Shown: in pieces, positions 11,370 through 22,669 of the stretch
Numbering within the stretch: the first letter of the stretch is position 1
How the letters are laid out: every line of letters begins with the position of its first letter
Source: Chiloscyllium plagiosum
Lineage: Eukaryota
Assembly: GCF_004010195.1 (NCBI RefSeq)
Contig: NW_025215256.1
Location: 38,263 to 77,958, forward strand
Reading direction: 5' to 3'
DNA length: 39,696 nt
Made by a program: the position numbers and the translations under genes
The notes under the pieces: model-generated
Told to the model about the DNA's origin: nothing
The model's database searches: none
What the model saw: only the letters and a program-made list of their open reading frames with translations

Positions 11370-11497
11370 CACCCACCTGATGAAGGAGTGGCTCTCTGGA
11401 AGCTCGTGCTTCCAAATAAACCTGGTGGACTATGCCCTGATATTGTGGAATTTTTAACTTTGTCTACTCAACTTAAACACTGGCACTTCCGTATCAT
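11370..11497 (+). mobile_element. Penelope-like 3' terminal fragment, same family as 17025-17148
   Basis: cacctgatgaaggag...cttccaaataaacctg...tttttaactttgt. Confidence 0.7.
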
Positions 11498-11664
11498 AGA
11501 GAACACCAGTCATGTCTAGGCGCTGTCAGAGAAGGCAATCCTGGAATAGCCCAATACATTGGTCATAGGTACGTTTCGTTTTCAGAAACCAACGCATTCA
11601 ATCGCTGCAGCTCCTACGTATGAAACGTACCGAAAAGAAATAGCTGAGACTCAGTTTTTACAGT

Positions 11665-11964
11665 ATTAGATTAGATTACATTACAGTGTGGAAACAGGCC
11701 CTTCGGCCCAACAAGTCCACACCGACCCGCAACCCACCCATACCCCTACATTTACCCCTTACTGAACAATAAGGGCAATTTAGCTTCGCCAATTCTCCTG
11801 ACCCTGCACATCTTTGGATTGTGGGAGTAAACCGGAGCACCCAGAGGAAACCCACGCAGACACGGGGAGAACGTGCAAACTCCACACAGTCAGTCGCGGG
11901 AATTGAACCCGGGTCTCTAGCGCTGTGAGGCAGCAGTGCTAACCACTGTGCCACCGTGCCGCCC
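11665..11964 (-). mobile_element. HE1 / V-SINE, near full length
   Basis: Minus strand: tRNA-like head ggcggcacggtggcacagtggttagcactgctgcctcacagcg...gggttcaattccc, V-domain gtgtggagtttgcacgttctccccgtgtctgcgtggg, CR1-like tail, (aatct)n end. Confidence 0.9.
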
Positions 11965-12154
11965 ACAAACACTTATATATTTAAACACTTTGGGAAGTGG
12001 AATCAGAGGAGAATGAAGGATGAACTGTCCGACTGTACAGAGAGAGGGAAGGCACTTTTCCCTTCTTTGAAGAGCTGGGGTATTGAGTGATCTAAGGCAT
12101 GAAACAGAATCCTGGTAGAACTGCGCTCTCTGCATCAGGAACAAGCAGTCCTGA

Positions 12155-12225
12155 TTTCCTGAACGGTAACGAAACCCAGGCCACTCAGTTCAAGCGCTGA
12201 ATACTAACCATTAGACCACCAGGGA
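12155..12225 (-). pseudogene. tRNA-Glu pseudogene
   Basis: Minus strand tccctggtggtctaatggttagtattcagcgcttgaactgagtggcctgggtttcgttaccgttcaggaaa versus Glu consensus TCCCTGGTGGTCTAGTGGTTAGGATTCGGCGCT...TCAGGGAA. Confidence 0.85.
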
Positions 12226-12859
12226 TGAGGGCAGAAGCAGTTGCACCGTTTCTTCATAACACAGTTTTTGGAATTATCTCAAGCAGATATGTTTCCCGTC
12301 AAAAATGATTGAATTATCAAGTATTTACAGCACAGAAATGGGTCCCTTCATCTCATTTCCCAGCACTTGGTCTGTAACCTTCTAAGGCCTGACGTTTCAC
12401 GTGTTCATCTGAATGCTAATTTCTCTGGAAAGTTTTAATCTCGTAAAATACAACAAATGGGATTAAAGTTTGAGATGGGAAAATGTGTTCACATTCAGCC
12501 GTGTAACTGAACCCCATTTTTACCCACAGACTGAAGCATGCAGACACATTTCCCCAAGAGTGACACAATCCTCGGGAGAAAACAAGCAGAAAGTAAGATT
12601 TCACGGACTTGGCTGATATTGTCCCATTTTAGACTTCAACACCAGTGTCTAGTTACAGCAATGAAAGGAAGCATTCAGCCCCTCCCGCATCAGTGTTCCT
12701 TGCCCATTGTTTACCCTTCAATCTGTAGTTTGTACTGCCTCACCTCGTTCTTGCTGTCAGACTTGATCATTGCTCACGCCCGCTATTTCCTGTCCTTCCT
12801 ATCGGTTTTCCTCAAGTTCTTGGAATGAAAAACAAGAGTGGTCTATTTCAAGCACTTTT

Positions 12860-12900
12860 CTAGTTTACAAGGCCAGTGTTATCACCACTGAGCCAGCACA
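12860..12900 (-). pseudogene. tRNA-Thr(TGT)-like 5' half remnant
   Basis: Minus strand tggctcagtggtgataacactggccttgtaaactag resembles TAGCTCAGTGGTTAGAGCACTGGTCTTGTAAACCAG. 3' half not recognisable. Confidence 0.5.
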
Positions 12901-13078
12901 TTGCCGGCTCAGAGAGAAGGTCTCATACATTAGAAACTGAAATGCAAAGATGATTGAATAGCCTCAGCATTGTAAACCAACCAACAATACAGGAATAGAG
13001 CCGAGAGGTCATGCACAGAAGGATGGGAATATAGAATGACGAATCTCATGGTGTCCAGGGTGGTGTTAACAGAAATCT

Positions 13079-13150
13079 TCCCTGGTGGGATAGTGATGAG
13101 GATTCAATGCTTTAACTGTAATGTCTTGTTAAATGTTAACGTTTGCAGTA
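13079..13150 (+). pseudogene. tRNA-Glu pseudogene, heavily decayed
   Basis: tccctggtgggatagtgatgaggattcaatgctttaactg matches the 5' 40 nt of tRNA-Glu, with CpG-type changes. Confidence 0.65.
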
Positions 13151-14103
13151 ATCAATATGAAATACTGCCTGATCTTTCGAAGCAGAATGATGTTGCGCAG
13201 CAGACAGAATCGTTTCCCTGCATGACCTAAAAAAAGAGCTCAGAAGAGCCAGGAGGAGACATGAGAGCCAGGAGGAGACATGAGAAGTTGTTGGCGGATA
13301 GGATCAGGGTTAACCCTAAGGCTTTCCATAGGTATGTCAGGAATAAAGGAATGACGAGAGTTAAATTAGGGCCAATCAAGAATAATAGTGGGAAGTTGTG
13401 TATGGAGTCAGAGGAGACATGGGGAAACAGTAAATGTTTCGACAGTGTTCACTTTAGAAAATGAAAATGTTGGCGAGGAAGATGCAGAGATACTTGCATC
13501 TAGACTAGAAGAGATCGAAGTTCACAAGAAAGAGGTATTAGAAATACTGCAGTGTGTGAAAATAGATAATTCCTCCGGGCCGGATGGGATCTATCCTAGG
13601 ATCCTCTGGGAAGCAAGGGAAGAGTTTGCCGAGGCTGTGGCATTGATCTAGAAGTCATCGTCTACAGGAATAGTGCCTGAGGACTGGACGATAGCAAATG
13701 TGGTCCCCTTGTTCAAGCAGAGTAGTAGAGACAACCCTGGTAATTACAGACCAGTGAGTCTCACTTCATTTGTTGGTAAAGCGTTGGAAAAGGTTATAAG
13801 AGATTGGATTTATAATCATCTAAAATAAAAAATCTGATCAGGGACAGTCAGCACGGTTTTGTAAATGGTAAGTCGTGCCCAACGAATCTTATTGAGTTTT
13901 TTTGACAAAGTGACCAAACAGTAGATGAGAGTAAACAGGTTGATGTGGTGTACATAGATTTCAGCAAGGTATTCGATAAGGTTCCCCACAGTAGGCTACT
14001 GTACAAAATGCGGAGGAATGGGAGACATAGCAGTTTGATTCAGTAATTGACCCTCTGAAATAAAACAGAGGGTTGTAGTTGATGTAACATGTTCATCTTG
14101 GTT

Positions 14104-14317
14104 GAGCTGAAAATGTGTTGCTGGAAAAGCGCAGCAGGTCAGGCAGCATCCAAGGAACAGGAGAATCGACGTTTCGGGCATAAGCCCTTCTTCAGGAAGA
14201 GCTTATGCCCGAAACGTCGATTCTCCTGTTCCTTGGATGCTGCCTGACCTGCTGCGCTTTTCCAGCAACACATTTTCAGCTCTGATCTCCAGCATCTGCA
14301 GTCCTCACCTTCTCCTC
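14104..14317. mobile_element. Penelope-like terminal fragment inserted in CR1 as a perfect 82-bp inverted repeat
   Basis: 14104-14185 is the exact reverse complement of 14201-14282. Flanked by catgttcatcttggt (14088-14102) and catgatcatcttggt (14318-14332). Confidence 0.85.
14165..14198 (-). ncRNA. Minimal type I hammerhead ribozyme motif
   Basis: Minus strand uuc-CUGAAGA-a-GGGC-uuau-GCCC-GAAAC-GUC-gau: conserved core, 4-bp stem II and GUC triplet. Confidence 0.7.
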
Positions 14318-15939
14318 CATGATCATCTTGGTGTCCAGTTACTAGCGGCGTTCCACAAGGGTCGGTGTTGGGTCCACTGCTGTTTGTCATTTTTATAAAT
14401 GACCTGGATGAGGGCTTAGAAGGGTGGATTCGTACATTTGAGGACGACACTACGGTCGGTGGAGTTGTGGACAGTGACGAAGGCCGTAGTAGGTTGCAGA
14501 GAGACATAGATAGGATGCAGAGTTGGGCTGAGAGGTGGCAAATGGAGTTTAATGTGGACAAGTGTGAGGTGATACATTTTGGACGGAGTAATCAGAATGC
14601 AAACTACTGGGCTAATAATAAGATTATTGGGAGTGCAGATGAACAGAGAGATCTCGGTGTCCGTGTACACAAATCCCTGAAAGTTGCCACCCAGATTGAC
14701 AGGGTTGTGAAGAAGGCATACAGTGATTTGGCCTTTATTAATAGAGGGATTGAGTTCCTGAATCAGGAGGTTATACTGCAGCTATACACAACTCTGGTAC
14801 GGCCACATTTGGAGTATTGTGAACAGTTCTGGTCACTGCATTATAGGAAGGATGTTGAAGCTTTGGAAAGGGTGCAGAGGAGATTTTCTAGGATGTTGCC
14901 TGGTATGAAAGGAATGCCTTACGAGGAAAGACTGAGGGCCTTGAGGCTGCTCTCTTTAGAGAGAAGAAGGTTGAGAGATGACTTAATGGAGACATACAAG
15001 ATAATCAGAGGGTTAGATAGGGTGGACAGCGAGAGCCTTGTTCCAATTATGGGGATGGCAAACACGTGGGGACACAACTTTAAAGTGAGGGGAGATAGGT
15101 ATAAGACAGATGTCAGAGGTAGTTTCTTTACTCAGGGAGTAGTTAGGGTATGGAATGCTTTGCCTGCAATGGTAGTAGATTCACCAAGTTTAAGTACATT
15201 AAAGTCATCATTGGAGAGGCATATGGACGTACATGGAATAGTGTATATGGGATGGACTTCAGGTTATTATGAAGGGGATTCACAACATCGAGGGGCGAAG
15301 GGCCTGTACTGCGCTGTCATGTTCTATGTTCTATATGCTACAGTTCCACATCAGCAATGTAATCTGCAATTGCCTGACGTTCAATCAGTTTAAAACAAGA
15401 ACGGAGGGGGCGTCAGGAAAACGGAAGTGGTTTGTGAGAGTTAACAAAATGCCTCGTGGAGCCAGGTTCAATGTAAATACTGAATATCGGTTTTGCTGTT
15501 TACCTTGGTATACTGATCACGGATCAATTACCCAATATTGTCTGCCCTTTGTGTGTTGTTCTTTGTACATTTCACGTCGGTTCAGTGCTCTGGGGGACCA
15601 CGCTTTTTTAAAAAACTTGGCACGTTTTACTCAGGTCGGCTTGCAGCTTCATATTAAGGCCAACAATTTTAGGAACAGATAGACACCATTCAGACCATCA
15701 AGTTTGCTCCGCTATTGAATGGTTTCACGTCTGATCTGATAACATTGAACTGCACTTTCTTGCCTTTCCCCATAACGCTTGATGTCTTTGCTGTTTGAAG
15801 ATCTGCCGATCTCAGCCTCATTACACCAAATGACACTTCCTCAACAGCCTTCTGCTACAAGAAAGTCCACTGATACAGAACTGTCTGAGAGAATAAATGC
15901 TTTCTTCATCTCTATTTTAATTGTGGGATGCGCATTCTA

Positions 15940-17148
15940 ATACGAAGTTAAAAATCACACAACACCAGTTCATAGTCCAACAGGTTTAATGGAAGCAACA
16001 ACTTTTGAAGAGCTGCTCCTTCATCAGGTGGCTGCGGAGTACACAGTGGAAAGATACACAATTTATAGCAAAAGATTACAATGTAATGTCACTGAAATTA
16101 TACATTGAACAATACCTTGATTGTTTGTTAAGTCTTCCATCTGTTAGAACGACTATGTTAGATTCACTTCTTTCTTATGTAAATCGAAAAACTTTCTTTT
16201 AACAGTTACATTCTCAGGTGAACTTTACCAATTAGTGTCAGCACAGATAATATGTTGACAGTGTTCGTCACTGTGTGCTGCGTCCGTGCCATAATGTTTA
16301 GACTGACGCTAATCTAAATAAAAACAACATGCTGCAGGCAAGGATGCTTTAAGGCATGGTACATTGGTGAAGCCGAGCAGAGGATACAGCAATGGAATGG
16401 GCACTGCACATCAATCAACAGACAGATCTGCCCCTTCCCAGTTCGAGAGCACTTCATTGGGCCAGGACATTCGACCTCGGACCTTCGTGTGTCAATCCTC
16501 CAGGGCGGGCTTCGGAACAGACAGCAGCTAACAGTGCCCACGCAGAGGCTGATAGCTAAATTCGGTACCCATGGGAATGGCCTCAGCCGGGTCCTTGGGT
16601 TCATGTCACAGTACAGGTGATCCCATTGCCCTATCTACAAACAGAGACCCTCCTACACACACACACACACACGTCTGTGGGGTGAATTTGTATTTGCAGA
16701 GTTACATTCTAATTTGCTCAAAAACTGCATGAATACATGTAAGTCTCTGGTAACTCATATTTATAAATTAGAATCAGTTTAAACATTATGGAACTGATAG
16801 CAGCACATGGGGCAGACACCAGTTGTTGGATTTCACCTGAGAATGAAACTTTAAAAGAACAAGTTTTGCACTTTACATATGAAAGAAGGGAAGCTAACAT
16901 GGTAATTCTAACAGATCGGAGACTTAGCAAACAATCAAGGTGTTTTTCAATGTATAATTTCAGTCACATCACACTGTAAACTTATGCTATAAATTCTGTG
17001 ACTTACAACTCTGTACTCTATAACCACCTGATGAATGAGCAGCAGTCCGAAAGCTAGTACTTCCAATTAAGCCTGTTGAACTATAACCTGGTGTTGTGTG
17101 ACTTTCAAATTTGCATACCCCAGTCCAAAACCGGCATCTCCAAGTCAT
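15940..17148 (+). mobile_element. Penelope-like element fragment (mirror copy)
   Basis: 16330-16620 gives CRQGCFKAWYIGEAEQR...EHF...QRLIAKFGTHGNGLSRVLGFMSQYR. Inverted tail at 15940-16315, direct tail to ~17148. Confidence 0.85.
17025..17060 (+). ncRNA. Hammerhead ribozyme-like motif in Penelope pseudo-LTR (mirror 4544-4577 -)
   Basis: cac-CTGATGA-atgagcagcagtcc-GAAA-gcta-gta. Core retained, stem II weakened. Confidence 0.55.
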
Positions 17149-18106
17149 TCGATATGAGGCGCTCTGGTCACAGAACCAAACTTTCTGCATCCAACTTTTT
17201 AAATCCTTGAAAAAAAACCTGTATACTTCAATAAGGATAATTTTTGTAGTACTGAGTCTGAGCAGGCAAAGGCAACTGATTTCAGCGTTTCTTCCCATTT
17301 GATTTCATCTCCGATATGAAATTCTCACTGACTCTGAGAGAACTGCTACCTTTGCTGTTTTGTAATGTCAGGAACTCGTGTTCAATTTAAGATTTCCATA
17401 AGGAACAACAAATATTTTTTTCCCTGACTGGAAATCAACATTGGGAAAGAGCAATGAGACAGCTGAATTTCAGCACTTTCGCACCAAGGAAGCCATATGC
17501 AATGCTTGGAACTTTTCTTGATGACTTTGTTTTTGCCTATTTTGTTCAGTTGAAAAATTACAGTTTTTGAGTTTTTAAAAGCATGGCGAGAGGCTCTTCA
17601 GCCTATTGTATCAGTATCAGTCATCAAACATCTGGCATGCAAACACAATTTCCAGCACGTGACTCATCGCCTGGTGTGTTCTAACATTTCAAGTCTTTAG
17701 ATAAATTGTTATTCAATTTCTTAAGGGCTTAAGTGGAACAAAAACATCTCTGTGAACTAACAGTTCTGAAAGACAAACTCTTTTTCAGAGCCGTTTGTCA
17801 GTTTTCCTCATGATGCTGTGGAAAATGTTTCTGCGCTCACATCTGAATTGGTTTACCCTGTTTCTTCTTCAGCTTCCTTCTTCTTTCTATTAAATGGTTT
17901 AGATTCCAATACAGACACAAGGTGCAGGTTGCAGAAGTCACGTGTTTGTACTTTCACAGACACTCTGTCTCGCCGGGAGCTGCAGTCCTTCCCCACGCTG
18001 ATTCAGACAGCACTGTCCTTCCAGTGAAATGTCCCATGGAGAATGGAAGGACAGGCATTAATAACTTGCACTTGTAAACAGAGCGACAATTTTAAGACAT
18101 TTACAG

Positions 18107-18178
18107 TTCCCCAGCGAGGAATTGAGCTCCTATCTCCCGCATAACATACGGCGACACTAACCACTATACTACTGAGGA
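18107..18178 (-). pseudogene. tRNA-Asp pseudogene (mirror copy)
   Basis: Minus strand tcctcagtagtatagtggttagtgtcgccgtatgttatgcgggagata... Confidence 0.85.
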
Positions 18179-19430
18179 CAACAGTTTCAAAGGAGACACT
18201 TCAGCCCGTTGTGGTTGCATTTGTCAAAAACAACTGATTAATGACCCGAATGGTTAGCCCATTGCCTTACAGGTATTGGCAGAACATATTCACATCTGAA
18301 TATTCCTTCAAGTTATAAGGGTTGCTGCCTCTCTGACCCTTACAGACAGTGTGTTCCAAATTCGAACACCCGCCGGCCTATACCGCTTTTCTACTTCATC
18401 TAATTAAACATTTCTGTCTCTCATTAAATTTCTGGCCCCTTGTAATCGTTCTTTCCATCGATGGGAAACGCTTCTTTCAGTCTACCTTATCCATACCCCT
18501 CACAAACTCCTCTGCACGGTGACAAACAGCCCCAGTTTGTCCTGTCTCCCGTCATGACTGAAACTCTTCTGCTTAGACACTATCCAATTGAATCTCTCCT
18601 GCAACTTTCCCAGTGCGCTCTCATCCCTGGACAATTCTAGCAATGAGCCGAATGAACATATTTCTATTCTGTAACAGCATCGGGGGTGGCTCTGCAGCAT
18701 TTATTGCCTTCCGGTCTGAAGTCACGTGGACGCCAGACCAGATAAGGACGGTAGTTTCCTTCCCTCAAGGACGTCAGTGAAACAGATGGGTTTTTCAGGC
18801 AACGTATTCTTAATTCTAGGCATTTATTGCATTCACATACTACCATCGTCGTGGTGTGGTGGGACTCGAACCTGTATCCCCAGAATATTACCTGGCTTCG
18901 CTGTAATACCAGCGATAATGCCACTTGGCTATCGCAGAAAGCACACATGACCGATCTTTTCCAATAGAGTCTCTTTTCCACAATTATTCCCTATTGCCCT
19001 TTTATTGAGCCTCACGCTCCAATAATCTCTGGTCCATTTCAGTAAAAGCTGCTAAAAGAGAATTGATCTCACAGCCACGATATCCAAACGGATCGAATGA
19101 TTTGAAGGGGCCAATGAAGGGATTGGGGCATGGTCACCCAGCAACAGTGAGTGCAACGGCACAGACTGGATAGTATCAACGTGAAAGTGTATGTTAAATT
19201 GTGCAATGCCTCAGGCAAATGGGACGAGGGACGGGAAAGAGAATTAGGGAGAGTGCGAGGGAGAGACATCTTCGAGAACTTTTGGGTTTAAATCCTGATA
19301 CATGAAACGCAGAAATATCAGAGAACAAAATTCGATGGAAAACAGATCGTCACCTCGGAGAATATTATCATGTAAAACCGATTAATTGCTTCCCGTGTTT
19401 CACCAAAAGAAAAAGTTTGAGAGAACTGAC

Positions 19431-19502
19431 CGCCATGATGGGGATTCGAGCCGAGGTCGCTGCAATCACAATGCAGAATACCAACTACTAAACGGTTACA
19501 GC
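19431..19502 (-). pseudogene. tRNA-His(GTG) pseudogene (mirror copy)
   Basis: Reverse-complement counterpart of 2280-2351; GTG anticodon retained. Confidence 0.85.
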
Positions 19503-20709
19503 ATTCCACAGACCACGCTTGTAAACTGCAACCAGGATGGCAGCAGAGGGAATGTCAGGGAGAATGTACAATATCAGGACTTAGCGACAGGCATGTGGGA
19601 ACACAGAATGAACCGAATCATTAACTTGAGCTTCCCCAGAGACTGTGAAGATTCCATGAATTAGAGTACTGGAGAATGGGATTAATGGAACTCTCCAAGC
19701 TCTTGGGAGAGTGCAGAATATTGTTGAAACGTATGCTTCAATAGAATTATAGTTTAACATGGGCTGCTTCATCACTTTGCCCACACAAGGCAGTAGCAAC
19801 TGCTGCAGGCAATCACACTTAATTCCAGTGTCAGACCCGGAATCAGAGAAACTGTGTGAAGCAGCCACGAAGATCCAGTTGGAAATTGGGATGGAATGAC
19901 AGGAGAGAGGCGCGTGTATTTCCGAGGATGAGACTGCTCCTGGTCAAAAGAAGGCCGGAAGGGAATACTTGCCAACACTTATTATATTATAGCCATAAGC
20001 AGTACATGTTGCTGAGACAGCCGATTGGCGCAACTGAAGCGTGTTGAGCCTTTACCTTTGGGGTGGCAAGGTTCGAAATTTTATTTTCCTATTTGGATCA
20101 GAGTTTTTGGCATTGGCAGTAGCAACTGCTATTGCTCGCATCACATCAGGATCAGTTTCTTGTTCCCAGTAAATGCTGGAACCTAGAGATGGTGGTGTTG
20201 TGGTTATATAATAAACGAGTCATCCTTGGGGACTCACACACGGAACCGGTAATGTTAAAGTTTGACGAATACAACCTGGAATGATGGCCTGACCTCAGGA
20301 ACAGAGAACATGACTTAAATTTCATGAAATCCAATCCATGCATGTCCATTATTCAGTGGATGCTACCATCTTTACTTCTAACTCCAGGACAGGAACAACA
20401 TAGCTGACCCTTAATCCGAGAATGGCGACCGTGTCGGGAAGCCATTCGGCCCTTCCAGTCGACACCATCCCTCCAAGCACATCCTATCAGACCCACATTC
20501 CATACATATTCCATTCCCCTTCTTTCCCCATGGCTGATCCCAGTAACCTGCGCACCTTCAGTCCGTGGGAGGAAACTCACACAAGCAAAGAGAGAATGTG
20601 CAAACTGAGACGAGACTGGGATCTAATCCATGTCTCTCGTGCAGCAAGACAGCAGCGAATCAGGATGAACAACTAATGCTCTCCTGACCGGCGACACCAA
20701 CAGCCTGTG

Positions 20710-20935
20710 GGTATATCAGGAAGAATAAAAACACATTCACAACATGGACATCGGGATTGGCATCTGCTTGGAAACGATTTGAACCCATCGTTCACCCTGG
20801 GTAGATACAAGAACACCGATATCACAGAGAAACTAGGCAATGCGGATTAAATACCTGCTGAAGTGGAAACACATTTACTCAGTGAAACTGGGGACAGACT
20901 GTTTACTAGTCCCGTGTGTGGGAAGGGCTCAATGA
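20710..20935 (+). pseudogene. Degenerate C2H2 zinc-finger exon (mirror copy)
   Basis: ORF 20863-21159 begins ETHLLSETGDRLFTSPVCGKG. Confidence 0.7.
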
Positions 20936-21389
20936 TCAAAAAATCCTCCAGAGTAACCAGCAAGATTATATATCCCAGAAGGAGATCAATTAAAATGTCA
21001 ACGCTGCTGTTAATCCCAACCAGCTGCCAGTTCCACAGCGTCAAAGTCATAGACTCAAACAGCATGAAAACAGGCCTTTCACGCCAACCAGCTCATGCTG
21101 AACATAATGCCAAACTAAACTTGTCGCATCTGACGGCTCCTGTAACTGTTGAGGCTTAATAATGCCATTGTGATATTATTGCATTGTTTATATGAATGTC
21201 CAGATATAACTCTGTGGACTCGGGTTCAAATCCTGCCATGGCAGATGCTGGAATTTTAGTTCAATAAATACCTAGACTTGAAGAATCTAATGATGATGTT
21301 GAATCAGTTGTTGTAGATCTGATTCACTAATGCCTGATAGGGAAGGAAACTGCCATACCTATCTGGTCTGGCTGGTTTGTGACTGCAGA

Positions 21390-21995
21390 CCCCTCCTTGG
21401 AGAAAAGACAGTTACAGTTAACTGTATCCGAACTCTCAATAATTTATAAGTTACTATCAGGTGGCCTTTCAAACTCCAGTGTTCGAGTGAAAGTATTCTC
21501 AGCCTATCCAGTCTTTCGTTATAACTCAAAACTTGGCCACTAGCCATACGCTGGATACCTGTTCTAAACCTACTCCAGCTGAATATTTTCCATGCTATTA
21601 CTGGCCGACAAGAACTGGACAGTGTTCCAGAAGACGCATCATCCAATGGCCTATTCAATTTCGACATAACGTACCAACTCCGACGCTCAAAGGACTGAGC
21701 AACGAAGGCAAGATGACTTTTTTTAACCATTCTGTCAATATATGAAGCAAACTAAAAAGAATTATGCACTTGGATTCCAGGCCTCCGTGTTCCACAACAC
21801 GATGCAATGCCCGATCATTAATTGTATAAGCCCTACTCTTATTTGATGTAGCAAAATGCAATACCTTCCATTTATCCAGATTGAAATTTATGTGACATTT
21901 TTCAACCCAAAGTCGCATTAGATTAAGAGCATTCTGGATTCTTAGATCTTCTTTACAGTCTCCAATTCTGCTGTCCTTTGCAAGCTTATGAACCA
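21390..21995 (-). mobile_element. CR1 LINE ORF2 C-terminal fragment
   Basis: ORFs 21655-21996 and 21359-21730: FNLDKWKVLHF, YNERLDRLRILSLE. Confidence 0.85.
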
Positions 21996-22119
21996 TGACT
22001 TCTACGAGTTCTATTGTTTTCTCATATAGATCAACGGTTTTTAATTATTTGTCGTGGTCATCATTTAGCAGTTTGCAAACAATTAGTCATGTAGTTAACC
22101 ATGAGGACGAAAGCCATAG

Positions 22120-22450
22120 ACTGCAGGTAGATTGGAAACAATTGGCAAGAAAATGTGCTGAAACGAATTCAATCCAGTGAAGTGGGTGATAATGAATTTG
22201 GGTAGGAACAATGGTAAAAATGTGACTGTTAACAGTATTAAAAGAGAAATTGGAGTAGGCATTCACGAATATTTGAAGGTGATTGGGCAAGGGATCAAGT
22301 GGTCTCGCGGGGTAAGAGATGCTTTCTGTTCTTGACAGCAGGTGGAATAAGAGCAGGGAAATGATGCTGGAACTTTAGCAACTGCCTGTGCAGAGAAGCG
22401 TCGAGGACCGGCCACAAGTCTGGTCATTGCAGCAATCATTTTTTTTCCGG
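22120..22450 (+). mobile_element. Decayed CR1 fragment
   Basis: RLQVDW...aattcaatccagtgaagtgggtgataatgaatttggg (LQxDID...FNxEKCEVMHFG-like). Confidence 0.55.
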
Positions 22451-22669
22451 AAGGATGATAAAATAGAAGATAGAGGGCGGAAAGAGACCATTTGGTCCAT
22501 CAAGTCTGGATCAGCATTAAATCAGATCTTCGCTGACAATGCTTCAAGGCATGCTGGCACGTTCCTTGGAGGGGAGCTTGCAGATGGAGGTCATTCGATG
22601 CATAAGTCCATAAGACAATAGAGCAGAAATTAAGTCATTCAGCGCAGTGAGTCTGCTGTGCTTTCTGTC

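Larger units (their letters stand above)
13225..15337 (+). mobile_element. 5'-truncated CR1 LINE, ORF2 reverse transcriptase with frameshifts
   Basis: NPKAFHRYV, SSGPDGIYPRIL, NYRPVSLTS, YIDFSKVFDKVPH, GVPQGSVLGPLLFVIFINDLD, FEDDT (FADDT mutated), RPHLEYC, LSLERRRLRDDL, FFTQGVVRVWNALP; (gttctat)n tail. Confidence 0.95.
15320..21511. repeat. Right arm of large inverted segmental duplication
   Basis: Colinear reverse complement of 1-6295, roughly 88-98% identical by eye. Lacks left-arm ~129-390. Confidence 0.95.

Noticed and set aside
13245..13282. 19-bp tandem duplication agagccaggaggagacatg
   Set aside because: Ordinary slippage within a dead CR1.
14365..15393. 342-aa ORF as a host gene or active RT
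   Set aside because: It is the CR1 ORF2 C-terminus. The upstream part is frameshifted and interrupted, and the element is 5'-truncated.
17775..17795. Histone 3' stem-loop-like ctctttttcagagcc (mirror ~3993-4010)
   Set aside because: The 5' GG of the stem is missing and there is no histone coding sequence upstream.
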